A stretch of DNA of 64,000 nt from Chloroflexota bacterium (GTDB lineage: Bacteria; Chloroflexota; UBA11872; VXNJ01), in assembly GCA_965261345.1 (NCBI GenBank), contig OZ253449.1, positions 2,016,001 through 2,080,000 on the forward strand, given 5' to 3'. Positions 51,628-61,893 of this stretch are shown one piece after another. The position numbers were made by a program, and so were the translations under genes. Numbering within the stretch: the first letter of the stretch is position 1; every line of letters starts with the position of its first letter. The notes below the pieces were generated by a model. That model was not told the origin of the DNA and did not search any database. It saw nothing but the letters and a program-made list of their open reading frames with translations.

Positions 51628-52932
51628 ATGATTGAATACACCAGCGAATGTTCCTTGATCGGCTTCGAGATTACCCAATTGGAGGAGGAGGGCTGCGATA
51701 CCACCGAGCTTGCCGACCGATACAACGATCTGCAAAACCGCGGAGCCCCTGAATCCGAATTTGCCGCTCTGTGGACAATCGCCGACCAATTGGCTGGCAG
51801 TGGCCCGCTGGAATATTCCGAACCCAGCCGATTGCCGGCGATCACCGCTGCCCTACCCGAGCCACGGGCCAAGTTGGGGCCATTGCCAGAGGATCTGTCC
51901 AATTCGATCCTGGGCGGCTGGCTGGGCCGTTGCGCAGGCTGTCAATTGGGCAAGCCAGTGGAGGGGTGGCCACATTGGGCAATTCGCGCCTACCTGGAAC
52001 CCAAGTACGCGTTTCCGCCTGACGACTACATTCCCCTGCTAAAAGACCATGGCGTCGGGATAAAGCTGCACCATTCGGCCGCCGAGTCCACCCGCGGCAA
52101 TTTCGAATTCATGGCCCGTGACGACGATATTGATTACATGTTGATTGCGCTCTCCATCCTGGAGCGCCACGGATTCGGGTTTTCAGGCGATGACGTCGCT
52201 ACCGCCTGGCTGGAGGGAATTCCGGCGAACATGACCTACACCGCCGAACGGGCGACCTATCGCAATCTCCTCCTCGGAATCAACCCGCCGGATTCGGCTC
52301 GGGTGCGCAATCCTTTCCGCGAATGGATCGGGGCCCAGATCCGGACCGACGTCTACGGATACGTTTGTCCCGGTGACCCGGCGGCGGCGGCCCGACTGGC
52401 CTATCGCGACGCCATTGTCTCGCACGTTAAGAATGGAATCTACGGGGCGCTCTTTTCGGCGGCCTGCAATGCGGCGGCCTTCGCCGCCGGCGACCCAAAA
52501 ACCGCGTTGCTGGGCGGCATTGATCAGATACCGGCCGAATCGCGCCTGCAAAGGGCCCTGGCGATGGTGATTGAATTGCACGATTCGGGGGTGGGCTGGG
52601 AAGAGGCCCTGGCCCGGGTCAACACCCTGGTCGGTCGCTACCACGGGGTCCATACGATTAACAATGCTTGTTTTGTGGCGATCGGATTACTCTGGGGAAA
52701 TTGCGACTTTGGTCGCACGATTGCGATCGCGGTCGCCTGTGGCCTAGACACCGATTGCAACGGCGCCACCGCCGGTTCCATCCTGGGCGCAATGTTGGGC
52801 GCCCGGGCCCTGCCTGCGGCCTGGACTGAGCCCCTGGGTAATCGGGTCGGCAGCATGGTGGCCGGGTTTGACGGATCGCGTATCACCGACCTGGCCGAGC
52901 GAACCCATCGCCTCGCGCAGGTGACCCGGTGA
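51628..52932 (+). CDS. ADP-ribosylglycohydrolase family protein (long type)
   Basis: GC.LGKPVEG, DDDIDY, REWIGAQIR.D, DTDCNGATAGS. Confidence 0.9.
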   Translation: MIEYTSECSLIGFEITQLEEEGCDTTELADRYNDLQNRGAPESEFAALWTIADQLAGSGPLEYSEPSRLPAITAALPEPRAKLGPLPEDLSNSILGGWLGRCAGCQLGKPVEGWPHWAIRAYLEPKYAFPPDDYIPLLKDHGVGIKLHHSAAESTRGNFEFMARDDDIDYMLIALSILERHGFGFSGDDVATAWLEGIPANMTYTAERATYRNLLLGINPPDSARVRNPFREWIGAQIRTDVYGYVCPGDPAAAARLAYRDAIVSHVKNGIYGALFSAACNAAAFAAGDPKTALLGGIDQIPAESRLQRALAMVIELHDSGVGWEEALARVNTLVGRYHGVHTINNACFVAIGLLWGNCDFGRTIAIAVACGLDTDCNGATAGSILGAMLGARALPAAWTEPLGNRVGSMVAGFDGSRITDLAERTHRLAQVTR

Positions 52933-53390
52933 GCGGCACCGCGCTCGCGCACGTTGGCATCGTGGTGAGCGACCTGGACCGCATGATCGGATTTTTTGAT
53001 CGGGCGTTGGGGTTCCAATTGCAGTTTCGGTTTTCCCGGGACGGGGGGTTCGCCGGAAGGGTTGTCGGCATCAGGGACGCCCGGGTCGAGGTCGCAATTC
53101 TCGGGACCGAACAGAGTCCGCGGCAGATCGAATTGCTTTGTTATCACTCGCACCCGCTGCAATCGGACCCGCGCCGCGTAAACGCCCCGCATGCCAACCA
53201 CATCGCAATCTCCACCGCTGACGCTGCGGCCGCGGCCGAGCGCCTCCTATCCTGCGGCGCGACCCTGATTTCGCCGGTGACGGCTACGCCGGACGGCTCC
53301 AAGCGGGTCTGCTACGCGCGTGATCCCGAGGGCGGAATTGTCGAACTCATCGAAGTAATCGACCCCGACCGCGAATACCCGACCAGTTAG
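52929..53390 (+). CDS. VOC/glyoxalase family protein
   Basis: HVGIVVSDLD, IELL, HIA, RDPEG.IVELIE. Confidence 0.9.
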   Translation: MSGTALAHVGIVVSDLDRMIGFFDRALGFQLQFRFSRDGGFAGRVVGIRDARVEVAILGTEQSPRQIELLCYHSHPLQSDPRRVNAPHANHIAISTADAAAAAERLLSCGATLISPVTATPDGSKRVCYARDPEGGIVELIEVIDPDREYPTS

Positions 53391-53447
53391 CCGTCATCGC
53401 GATCGCGCCTTCGGCCGGAGGTACCGAACCGGACGCTCGGCATCCGA

Positions 53448-55325
53448 TCAGCGGTAGTAGAAGCGCTGTTTAGTCCGATTGGCCTCGTATTCGGCGCGGA
53501 GTTCGATGATGTCGGCGTGAGCTGAGACCTCGGGCACCGAAACGTCCCACCAGACCCCGGTGTCGGCCGCCCAGCGCGAGGGCTCAACTTCACATTCGAT
53601 CAGGACCGGCCGGCGGACTACCGAATCGGCCTGCCGCAGGGCGACCCGCAGCTCGTCGATATTGGCGGCGGCAAATCCAATTGCCCCCAGCGACTCGGCG
53701 TTCTTTACAAAGTCCAATTCCACGTAATTGCCGGTCAGGCGATTGGTTCCCTCCTCACGTTGCCGAAATTCGTTGCCGAAGGAGCGCCGCGTTGCCCCTT
53801 CCTGCAGTTTCCGGATGATCTGGAATCCGTGGTTGTTGGCAACCACGATCACGATTTTTAGGCCTTCCTTGACGGCGGTTACGATCTCGGTGTTGTTCAT
53901 CAGATAGGTGCCGTCGCCGATGAATGTGTACACGTTGGCCCCTGGATCGGCCAGCTTGGCCCCGATGGCGGCCGGCAGCTCCCAGCCCATGCAGGAAAAA
54001 CCGAACTCCACCAGCGGTTGACCAGAACCTGCGGACTGCCATTGCTGCTGCACGTCACCGGGTGGTGAACCGGCCGCCACGGTTATGAAATCGCCCGGCT
54101 CGAGATGCTCATTTAGCGCCTGGATCACCTGGGCCTGGTTCATACCTTCGCCCTCAGCGGGCGGGCGCACCTCGCGGTCCAACTGGACTTTCCATTCGCG
54201 GTTGAGGCGGATCGCCTGCTCGGTCCAGTCCGCGTCGGCCCGGTACCCGGCCGCCGCCAGCAGGAGTTGCTGCAATGCGGTGCGGGCGTCGCCCTCCACC
54301 GCCAAGCCGCCCTGCTTGAACGCGTCGTGGCCGGCCACGTTGATGTTGAGGAATGCGACGTCGGGGTTGGCGAACAATGAATTGGACCCGGTGGCAAAGT
54401 CCGAATAGCGGGTCCCGACTCCTATTACCAGGTCGGCCGCGGCGGCAATCTGGGCGGCCTGCGGAGTTCCGCAAACGCCCATGCCGCCGAGCGCCAAATC
54501 ACCAGCCAACCGGCCGGACGAAAGCCCGGCGTGGGTTTCGCCGATCGGAATGCCAAAATCTGCGGCCAGTTGCCCCAGAACGCCCTCAGCATCCGAATAA
54601 ATCGCTCCGCCGCCGGCCAGAATTACCGGTTTTCGGCATGATCGCAGCAACTTGGCTGCGGCATTGATCGCGTCGGGGTTTGGATAGGGCCGTGCGATAG
54701 TCCACGTTCGGCGGGAAAAGAATTTTTCCGGCCAATCGAAGGCCATCATCTGGACATCCTGGGGCAACGCGATCGTTACCGCCCCGGTCTCGCGGACGTC
54801 AGTTAGGACCCGCATAGCTTCAGGCAAGCTTGCCAGCAGCTGTTCGGGGCGGGAAATGCGGTCAAAAAAGCGGCTCACCGGGCGAAGGGTGTCGGCCGCC
54901 GAAGTGTCAAAGCTGACTGGGTGTTCAACCTGTTGGAGCACTGGACCCTGGAAGCGGGTGGCGTAGTTGTCGGACGCGAAAAGGAGAACCGGCAGCCGGT
55001 TGACGGTCGCGGTGGCCGCTCCCGAGACCATGTTGGTTGAGCCGGGTCCGATCGATGCGGTGCAGGCCATCGTGGCGCGGCGACGGCGCGCCTTGGCAAA
55101 TCCGGAGGCTGCATGCACCATCGCCTGCTCGTTGTGCGGCTGGAGATAGGTGAGCAGCTCGGCCTGTTCCTCAAGTCCCTGGCCCAATCCGGCCACGTTG
55201 CCGTGACCAAAGATGCCAAAGATCCCGTTGATCAGTCGTTGTTCGTGGCCGTCGAACCGGCTGTACTGGGCCGACAGATACCGCACGATCGCCTGACCGG
55301 TGGTAAGCCTAATGGTTGCTGGCAT
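53448..55325 (-). CDS. iolD: 3D-(3,5/4)-trihydroxycyclohexane-1,2-dione acylhydrolase
   Basis: GIFGHGNV, NEQ.M.HAA, SIGPG, EFGFSCMGWE, GDGTYLM, WWDV. Confidence 0.93.
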   Translation of the reverse strand: MPATIRLTTGQAIVRYLSAQYSRFDGHEQRLINGIFGIFGHGNVAGLGQGLEEQAELLTYLQPHNEQAMVHAASGFAKARRRRATMACTASIGPGSTNMVSGAATATVNRLPVLLFASDNYATRFQGPVLQQVEHPVSFDTSAADTLRPVSRFFDRISRPEQLLASLPEAMRVLTDVRETGAVTIALPQDVQMMAFDWPEKFFSRRTWTIARPYPNPDAINAAAKLLRSCRKPVILAGGGAIYSDAEGVLGQLAADFGIPIGETHAGLSSGRLAGDLALGGMGVCGTPQAAQIAAAADLVIGVGTRYSDFATGSNSLFANPDVAFLNINVAGHDAFKQGGLAVEGDARTALQQLLLAAAGYRADADWTEQAIRLNREWKVQLDREVRPPAEGEGMNQAQVIQALNEHLEPGDFITVAAGSPPGDVQQQWQSAGSGQPLVEFGFSCMGWELPAAIGAKLADPGANVYTFIGDGTYLMNNTEIVTAVKEGLKIVIVVANNHGFQIIRKLQEGATRRSFGNEFRQREEGTNRLTGNYVELDFVKNAESLGAIGFAAANIDELRVALRQADSVVRRPVLIECEVEPSRWAADTGVWWDVSVPEVSAHADIIELRAEYEANRTKQRFYYR

Positions 55326-55505
55326 GGCCGCGTGCCCCGTCTCTAAGTTGAAGGTTTAGTCGTGCGGTTACTTGCGCTGATTCTATTTTTTCACGACGAC
55401 GGGCGTCGGGTCGAGGCTGTCAGGGCAACTACTGCGCGCAAAATATAGGGCGCAAATTGAAAATCGCCGCACTTGCCGGCCCAGACGAATGAGGCGCCCA
55501 CCTTG

Positions 55506-56450
55506 ATGGATCTGTCCGGAATCGCACCGGTCATCCCCACCCCGTTTGACGAGCATTCCGGGGCTATCGACCACACCGGCCTGGACAACCTTGCCGACTT
55601 CCTGGCCGAGTCCGCGGTGAGCGCGCTGGTGGCCCTGGGAGTGGCTTCCGAAACCCGTGCCCTCAACGATTCGGAATGCGCAGCGGTGGTCGAGACGGCG
55701 GTGGCGTCGGCTAACGTGCGCAAGCCGGTTCTGGCCGGAGTCGACGGTTTCACCCAGAACGCGGTTGGCCGCGCGGTCCGCTATCGGTCCCTGGGCGCGG
55801 CCGGAATCATGCTGCGCCCGCCTCCAGGATGCCAGGGCCCCGCCCTGATCGCCCATGTGGCGGCAATCGCCAAGGCCGCCGATCTTCCGATCATGATCCA
55901 AAATGCGCCGGCCCAAACCGGTATGGACCTGCTGCCCGGGCAACTAATCCGGCTGGCCGCGGCCATCCCGTCGGTGTTCGCGGTCAAGGAGGAGTCATCG
56001 GCGGTTGCCGCGCGCACTTCGGCGCTGGCCGATGCCGGGCTGGCGGTGTTTACCGGGCTCGGCGGCGTCAATTACCCCGAGTACATCTTGCGCGGCGCGG
56101 TCGGATGCGTTCCCGGGTTGGACCTGGCGCCGGTTTGGCTGCAAATTGATCAGTTCCTGCGCGATGAGCAGATTGAGCTGGGCCTGGCCGAATACGAAAA
56201 AATTGCGCCACTGATCATGTTCCAGTTCCAGTCGCTCGACGGCTTTCTTTTCTGCCAAAAACGCTATTTTCAGCGATTGGGAGTGATCGCCTCCGCGCGG
56301 TTGCGGCCGCCGGCCGGCGAGGCCGACGAGATCTCCCTGCAGATGTGCGATCGCCTCTTTGCGAGGCTCGCCCATCGCGGAGTTCGAGGGTTTGACCCCG
56401 AAATATTTGGCAATTCGGCGCCGCACGGGGGCCAGGTCGGTGGTCGATAA
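55506..56450 (+). CDS. DapA/N-acetylneuraminate lyase family aldolase
   Basis: PVIPTPF, LGVASE, MLRPP, IMIQ, VKEE. Confidence 0.85.
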   Translation: MDLSGIAPVIPTPFDEHSGAIDHTGLDNLADFLAESAVSALVALGVASETRALNDSECAAVVETAVASANVRKPVLAGVDGFTQNAVGRAVRYRSLGAAGIMLRPPPGCQGPALIAHVAAIAKAADLPIMIQNAPAQTGMDLLPGQLIRLAAAIPSVFAVKEESSAVAARTSALADAGLAVFTGLGGVNYPEYILRGAVGCVPGLDLAPVWLQIDQFLRDEQIELGLAEYEKIAPLIMFQFQSLDGFLFCQKRYFQRLGVIASARLRPPAGEADEISLQMCDRLFARLAHRGVRGFDPEIFGNSAPHGGQVGGR

Positions 56451-57600
56451 CCCACCCACGGTCGGGTTGGCGGCCGCAGCCGCCGCCGGCGAACGGCGCG
56501 TGGCCCTTGTGCCCGGCGACCTGGCCCTGGTACAGGACGCCGGATACCGGATCGTGGTCGAAGCTGGCTCCGGCGATCGATCCGGGATTGCCGACGGCGA
56601 TTATGCTGCCCAGGGCGCCGAATTGGTCAGGGATCGCTCACAGCTGTTAGCGGTTGCCGACATAGTGACCATCGCCCCACGTCCGGATGATTGCGATTTG
56701 GCGATGCTCAAGCCGGGCGCCACCGTGATCGGCCTGTTGGACCCGATCGCCCGGGCCGGCCGCATCGCCGAGCTGGCAAGCGCTGGGATACGGGCCTTTG
56801 CGTTCGAGCTGATCCCGCGCATCGCGCGCGCACAGTCAATGGACGTGCTCTCGGCGATGGCCACGCTCGCTGGTTACAAGGCAGTCCTGTTGGCCGCGGA
56901 CCGGCTCCCGCAAATTTTTCCGCTGCTAATGACCGCGGCGGGAACCCTGCGTCCGGCCCGGGTGGTGATCCTGGGGGTGGGCGTCGCTGGCCTGCAGGCG
57001 ATCGCCACCGCGCGCCGGCTCGGGGCCCAGGTGTTTGCCTACGACGTTCGCGACGTGGTTCGCGAGCAGGTCGAGAGCCTGGGGGCACGATTTATCGAGC
57101 TGGACCTTGAGACCGAAAACTTGGAGACTGCGGGAGGCTATGCGCGCGATCAATCGGCCGATTTCCTCCTCCGGCAGCAGCGCCAGCTTGGGGTGCTCCT
57201 ATCCCGGGCCGACGTAGTAATCACCACCGCCCTGGTGGCGGGTGCACGAGCGCCGATTCTGGTTACAAACGAAATGCTCGCGATGATGCGCCCCGGCTCG
57301 GTGCTGGTGGACTTGGCGGCGGCCAAGGGCGGTAATTGCGAGGCCAGCCAGCCAAATCAGACCGTCGATTTTGAAGGCGTTCAGGTTATCGGTCTATGCG
57401 ATGCCGAATCGCAACTTGCGGTGCACGCCTCGCAAATGTACTCGCGCAACCTGGCCCGCTTTCTGAGCCTGCTGGCTGAAAACGGCTTCGACCCCCGGGC
57501 CGACGCAATTCTTGCCGGGTCACTGGTTGCTGACGGCGGTGTGGTAGTGAGCCCGCCGGTGCTGGCCCAACTCGAACCCGCAATCACGGGGAGCGCTTAA
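56440..57600 (+). CDS. pntAA: NAD(P) transhydrogenase subunit alpha part 1
   Basis: ERRVALVP, RAQSMDVLS, GVGVAGLQAIA, VDLAA..GGNCE. Confidence 0.93.
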   Translation: MVDNPPTVGLAAAAAAGERRVALVPGDLALVQDAGYRIVVEAGSGDRSGIADGDYAAQGAELVRDRSQLLAVADIVTIAPRPDDCDLAMLKPGATVIGLLDPIARAGRIAELASAGIRAFAFELIPRIARAQSMDVLSAMATLAGYKAVLLAADRLPQIFPLLMTAAGTLRPARVVILGVGVAGLQAIATARRLGAQVFAYDVRDVVREQVESLGARFIELDLETENLETAGGYARDQSADFLLRQQRQLGVLLSRADVVITTALVAGARAPILVTNEMLAMMRPGSVLVDLAAAKGGNCEASQPNQTVDFEGVQVIGLCDAESQLAVHASQMYSRNLARFLSLLAENGFDPRADAILAGSLVADGGVVVSPPVLAQLEPAITGSA

Positions 57601-57604
57601 ATCG

Positions 57605-57886
57605 ATGGATGAATTGCTGATCTTGCTTACCGTGTTTGTGCTCGCGGTCCTCCTGGGACTGGAGTTGATCACCAAGGTGCCGCCCACTCTGCACACGCCT
57701 CTGATGTCGGGCGCCAACGCGATTTCGGGCATAACTATCGTCGGCGCGCTAATTGCAGCAGGAGCCGCGACCGGAGTCTGGCCGACCGTCCTCGGGACCG
57801 TGGCGGTCGCCCTGGCGACGGTGAACGTGGTGGGTGGGTTCTTGGTCACCGGTCGCATGCTGTCAAAATTTCGCAGGCGTCCTTGA
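57605..57886 (+). CDS. pntAB: NAD(P) transhydrogenase subunit alpha part 2
   Basis: VPPTLHTPLMSGANAISG, NVVGGFLVT.RML. Confidence 0.93.
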   Translation: MDELLILLTVFVLAVLLGLELITKVPPTLHTPLMSGANAISGITIVGALIAAGAATGVWPTVLGTVAVALATVNVVGGFLVTGRMLSKFRRRP

Positions 57887-59274
57887 CTCCCGACTGGTTG
57901 ATCGGGCTGGCCTATCTAGCGGCCGCCGTATTGCTGATCATCGGGCTGAAAAACCTGGCTTCGCCGCGGACCGCGGTCCGCGGAAACCAGTTGGCGGCCG
58001 GCGGTATGTTGCTGGCGGTCCTGGCGACCTTGACTTCCGCCGAAATTGTCGATTACCGTTGGATCGCCGTCGGCCTGGGAGTGGGCGCGGCGATCGGCGT
58101 CGGACTGGCGCTGTTCGTGCAATTTACGGCAATGCCCCAGCTGGTGGCGGCGTTCAACGGGTTCGGCGGAGCAGCGTCTGCCCTGGTCGCGATCGCGGCC
58201 GCAATTGTGGCCGCCGACCAGATCGCGGCGCTGGGCGAGCAGGCATCAATCTCGGTGGCTGTCGGGACGCTGATCGGCGTTACAACCTTCACCGGCTCGA
58301 TTGTCGCCTTCGCCAAGCTGCAAGGGTTGTTTTCCTGGCGCCCGCGCATTAACTGGTTCCATCGCGCCAGTGTGTCCGTCCAGTTCGCGGCGGCGCTGGC
58401 CTTCAGCGCGGTTTTCGTCTATGAGCCCGGGTGGATCTGGGCGCTGCTGGCGCTGGCGGCGGCGGCGGCGATCTTGGGACTGGCGATAACCCTGCCAATT
58501 GGGGGCGCCGACATGCCGGTGATCATCTCGCTGCTCAATTCCTTTTCGGGTCTGGCGGCGGCGGCCACCGGTTTCGCCCTCGGTAACGAAATCCTCATCA
58601 TCGCCGGTTCGCTGGTAGGAGTGGCGGGCCTGCTGCTCACCTTGATCATGGGCCGAGCCATGAATCGGTCGCTGCTAGATGTCGTGCTGCGCAATTTTGG
58701 TCCCGGCGCCGCCCGGACCGACGGAGCGGACATATACCAAGGTCGGGTGACCGCGACTTCGCCGGAAGAGGCCGCGATGCTGCTTGAGACCGCCGCGCGG
58801 GTGGTGATCGCCCCCGGATATGGCATGGCCGTCGCCCAGGCCCAGCACGCGATAAGGGACCTGGCCAATCATCTCAAGGCGGCCGGGGTTCAGGTTCGCT
58901 ACGGGATCCACCCGGTCGCCGGCCGCATGCCTGGACACATGAACGTCCTCTTGGCCGAGGCCGATGTGCCCTATGAGGAGCTGCTGGAACTCGACCAGGT
59001 CAACCCGCAGATGCCGCAGACCGATGTGGTCATCGTCATCGGGGCCAATGACGTCGTCAATCCGGCCGCGGAATCTGACCCGAACAGCCCGATTTTTGGC
59101 ATGCCGGTGTTGGATGTGATCCGCGCCCGCACGGTCGTTGTTATCAAGCGGTCGCTTTCTCCGGGTTTTGCCGGCATTCCCAACGAGCTCTTTGTGGCCG
59201 AGAACACGGTCATGCTCTTTGGTGACGGGCGCGCGATGGTCGAGCAATTGCTCAAAGCGCTGCAAGACGGCTAA
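57883..59274 (+). CDS. pntB: NAD(P) transhydrogenase subunit beta
   Basis: IGGADMPV, PGYGMAVAQAQH, HPVAGRMPGHMNVLLAEA, GANDVVNP. Confidence 0.95.
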   Translation: MTPDWLIGLAYLAAAVLLIIGLKNLASPRTAVRGNQLAAGGMLLAVLATLTSAEIVDYRWIAVGLGVGAAIGVGLALFVQFTAMPQLVAAFNGFGGAASALVAIAAAIVAADQIAALGEQASISVAVGTLIGVTTFTGSIVAFAKLQGLFSWRPRINWFHRASVSVQFAAALAFSAVFVYEPGWIWALLALAAAAAILGLAITLPIGGADMPVIISLLNSFSGLAAAATGFALGNEILIIAGSLVGVAGLLLTLIMGRAMNRSLLDVVLRNFGPGAARTDGADIYQGRVTATSPEEAAMLLETAARVVIAPGYGMAVAQAQHAIRDLANHLKAAGVQVRYGIHPVAGRMPGHMNVLLAEADVPYEELLELDQVNPQMPQTDVVIVIGANDVVNPAAESDPNSPIFGMPVLDVIRARTVVVIKRSLSPGFAGIPNELFVAENTVMLFGDGRAMVEQLLKALQDG

Positions 59275-59278
59275 TTTG

Positions 59279-60424
59279 ATGCGGTTGTCAACCCAGCAGT
59301 TGCGACGTATTTTTTACGGGCTCGGGATCCTCGCCCTACTCGTATACCTAGGCGGGTTCGCCCTTGACTTGGGCCGCCAACTGGGCGCCGTCATCCTGAT
59401 CTTTTTGTTTGCCGGGATGCTCAACCTGGCTCTACTCCGGGTAGTTAGGGGCCTGCGGCGAATAACGATTCGATCGCACCGAATACCCTATTCGGCATCG
59501 GTCCTGCTAGTCGCCTTCCTGGCGTTCTCGGTTATCGCGGCGGTTGCAACCCTGCTGGTGCCGCTGATGGTGAGCGATTTGCGCGGGATCATTGGGCGGT
59601 TGGGTGAGTACAGCGACGAGTTCAACCGCCTGGCCGACTGGATTATCGAGTTGCTCGGGTCGCTGGGGCTATCCGTGACCAGCGTGGACCAGGTCATGGC
59701 CGAATACGCCAGCACCCTGCAGGGAGTTGCCGGGCAAGCCGCCACCGAGATCCTGGCCGGATTGACGTCGGTCGCGTCCGGGATAGTAAATATGGTGCTG
59801 GTGCTAGTCGTTACCGTCTACCTAATGCTCAATTGGGATCCGGGCCGCGAAAAACTCCAGGAGCTGTTGCCGGCGCGAATTTCCGGGTATCTGTCCTTTG
59901 CGGGCCGAACGATTTCGGGCGCCTTCGGCGCCTATATGCTCGGCGTTGCGGTTGAAGTTGTCCTGTTTGGCATTTCAGTTGCGGCGGTCCTGGCAATAGC
60001 CGGGGTCGACTACATCGTTTTTGCCGCGGTGGTTTCAGGCCTGCTGCTGGTGATTCCGATCGTCGGAGCGGTCGTGGCATTGGCCCTGCCAGTCCTGATC
60101 GCCCTGCTTGATTCGGTAACCGTGGCCATCTTCTGGGTCGGCATTCCGCTACTGGTAATTCAGATGATCCTGGAAAACTTTGTTCGTCCCAACCTGGTGG
60201 GTCGGGTGGCCGGAGTCAACCCGCTGGTGCTGATAACTTCGGTGCTGGTGGGCGCCGCGCTGCTCGGGTTTTGGGGGATCATATTTGGAATCCCGGCCGG
60301 CGTATTGATCTCACTTACCGTCAAGATAATTTTTTCGCGCTGGGTCGGCCTGGATTCGACCCAGCGCGACCAACCGCCGACCGAAGTGGACGCCCCCCAG
60401 GTCGATCAATCCGGCGGGCCCTGA
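59279..60424 (+). CDS. AI-2E family transporter
   Basis: IPIVGA, Q..EN..RP.L.G, G..GII.GIP pattern. Confidence 0.85.
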   Translation: MRLSTQQLRRIFYGLGILALLVYLGGFALDLGRQLGAVILIFLFAGMLNLALLRVVRGLRRITIRSHRIPYSASVLLVAFLAFSVIAAVATLLVPLMVSDLRGIIGRLGEYSDEFNRLADWIIELLGSLGLSVTSVDQVMAEYASTLQGVAGQAATEILAGLTSVASGIVNMVLVLVVTVYLMLNWDPGREKLQELLPARISGYLSFAGRTISGAFGAYMLGVAVEVVLFGISVAAVLAIAGVDYIVFAAVVSGLLLVIPIVGAVVALALPVLIALLDSVTVAIFWVGIPLLVIQMILENFVRPNLVGRVAGVNPLVLITSVLVGAALLGFWGIIFGIPAGVLISLTVKIIFSRWVGLDSTQRDQPPTEVDAPQVDQSGGP

Positions 60425-60459
60425 GCGACCGCCCCGACTACCGGCCAGGGCGCGGCCAT

Positions 60460-61842
60460 CTAACGGGTTGAGCCGCCGTCCCCTGGATGCGTCTGGCGCG
60501 CGAGCGCGGCCCGCAGGCGATCGGCCACCGCGGGGAACTCGCTTACCTGGTTACGCAGTTCGTTCGGATCGGAATTGCGATCGAACAGCAATTCCTCGCC
60601 GGCAACGTGGTCGGTAACGAATTTGTAGCGGCCGTCGAATACCACGTCGAAGTGGATTGCGCGGGTCTCTGATAAATGGTGGGCGTGGGACCGATTACCG
60701 CCGCGTTGGTTGAGTCCGGAGTAGACATAATCGTGGGTGCCACGAGCCCGGCCTTCCAACACCGGCCGTAGCGAAACGCCGTCCGCGTTGGCTAACGGCT
60801 CGGCACCGGCAAAGTCAAGAAACGTCGGCCCCAGGTCATTGATCTGCACCAGGGCGTCGGAGACGGCGCCGGCTTCCACCCCGGGCCCGGCGATTACCAG
60901 CGGCACTCGGACGGCGCCGTCGTAATAGTGCGATTTTTCCCAATTGTTGTGGTCGCCGAGCTGTTCGCCGTGGTCGGAAGCAAATATCACCAGCGTGTTT
61001 TCCAATTCCCCGCGGCGCTCAATCTCCTCCAACATGGCACCGGTGTGGCGGTCGATGTTTTCAAGCATCGCCGTATAGTTCTGCCGGATCCGATGGTGGT
61101 CCTCGGGCCCGTACTCGTCACTGTCGACCGGCGGCGGGAAGGTTCGGCCCTGGACGGAGTCCCACATCGATTTGGTCACGTCATTGGGCTCGTGCGGGCC
61201 AGTGTAATTTATCTGCATGAACCAGGGCTGCCCGGTGGGAACCTGGGCCAACACATCCAAGCAGTTCTGGGCGATCCAGTTGTCCGAGTAGAGCTCTTCG
61301 GGCAGCGGCGTTGGGTGGGTATCGAGGAAATGATGTCGCCCGGTGATATCGGAGGCGTGAGCCTCGGCCCAGCCCGCCTCATGCAGCCTGGCCATGTAAG
61401 GACCGGCCGGTTTTTCGACTCCGGTAATTGCGCCAGCGTGTTTGCCCTCGCTATCGATTCCGCGGGTAAAACCCCATCGGGAGAGCCAGCTGGACCCGTC
61501 CAGGTGCCATTCCTCGGTACCTTTGTGCAGATCGACTTTGCCGACGGCGCAAACCTCGTATCCGCTATCGCGCAGATTTGCGTAAAAAAATTGCCCATCC
61601 AGCGGCGTGTCGTCGGTGTTGTCCCTTACGCCCGCACGCCAGACATTGAGCCCCTGGGCCAGACAGGCCCGCGAGGGGGCGCAGAGCGGCGAGCTGCAGA
61701 AAACGTTTTCAAACCGGGTGCCGCGTTCGGCCAGGTTGGCCAGATTCGGCGCCCGCAGATCCAATTGGCGGTTCCAAGGAACCCAGTCCCAGCGGACCTG
61801 GTCGGGAAAAATAAAGAGGATGTTGGGGGGATTGGCAGTCAA
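60460..61842 (-). CDS. Cys-type sulfatase
   Basis: PNILFIFPDQ, CAPSR, GPHEP, SDHGE, DPNE. Confidence 0.92.
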   Translation of the reverse strand: MTANPPNILFIFPDQVRWDWVPWNRQLDLRAPNLANLAERGTRFENVFCSSPLCAPSRACLAQGLNVWRAGVRDNTDDTPLDGQFFYANLRDSGYEVCAVGKVDLHKGTEEWHLDGSSWLSRWGFTRGIDSEGKHAGAITGVEKPAGPYMARLHEAGWAEAHASDITGRHHFLDTHPTPLPEELYSDNWIAQNCLDVLAQVPTGQPWFMQINYTGPHEPNDVTKSMWDSVQGRTFPPPVDSDEYGPEDHHRIRQNYTAMLENIDRHTGAMLEEIERRGELENTLVIFASDHGEQLGDHNNWEKSHYYDGAVRVPLVIAGPGVEAGAVSDALVQINDLGPTFLDFAGAEPLANADGVSLRPVLEGRARGTHDYVYSGLNQRGGNRSHAHHLSETRAIHFDVVFDGRYKFVTDHVAGEELLFDRNSDPNELRNQVSEFPAVADRLRAALARQTHPGDGGSTR

Positions 61843-61893
61843 TTGCGTATGCCCATTCAGGTTGAGGTTGGAAAGGAGTTGGAGTGGCGGCGG

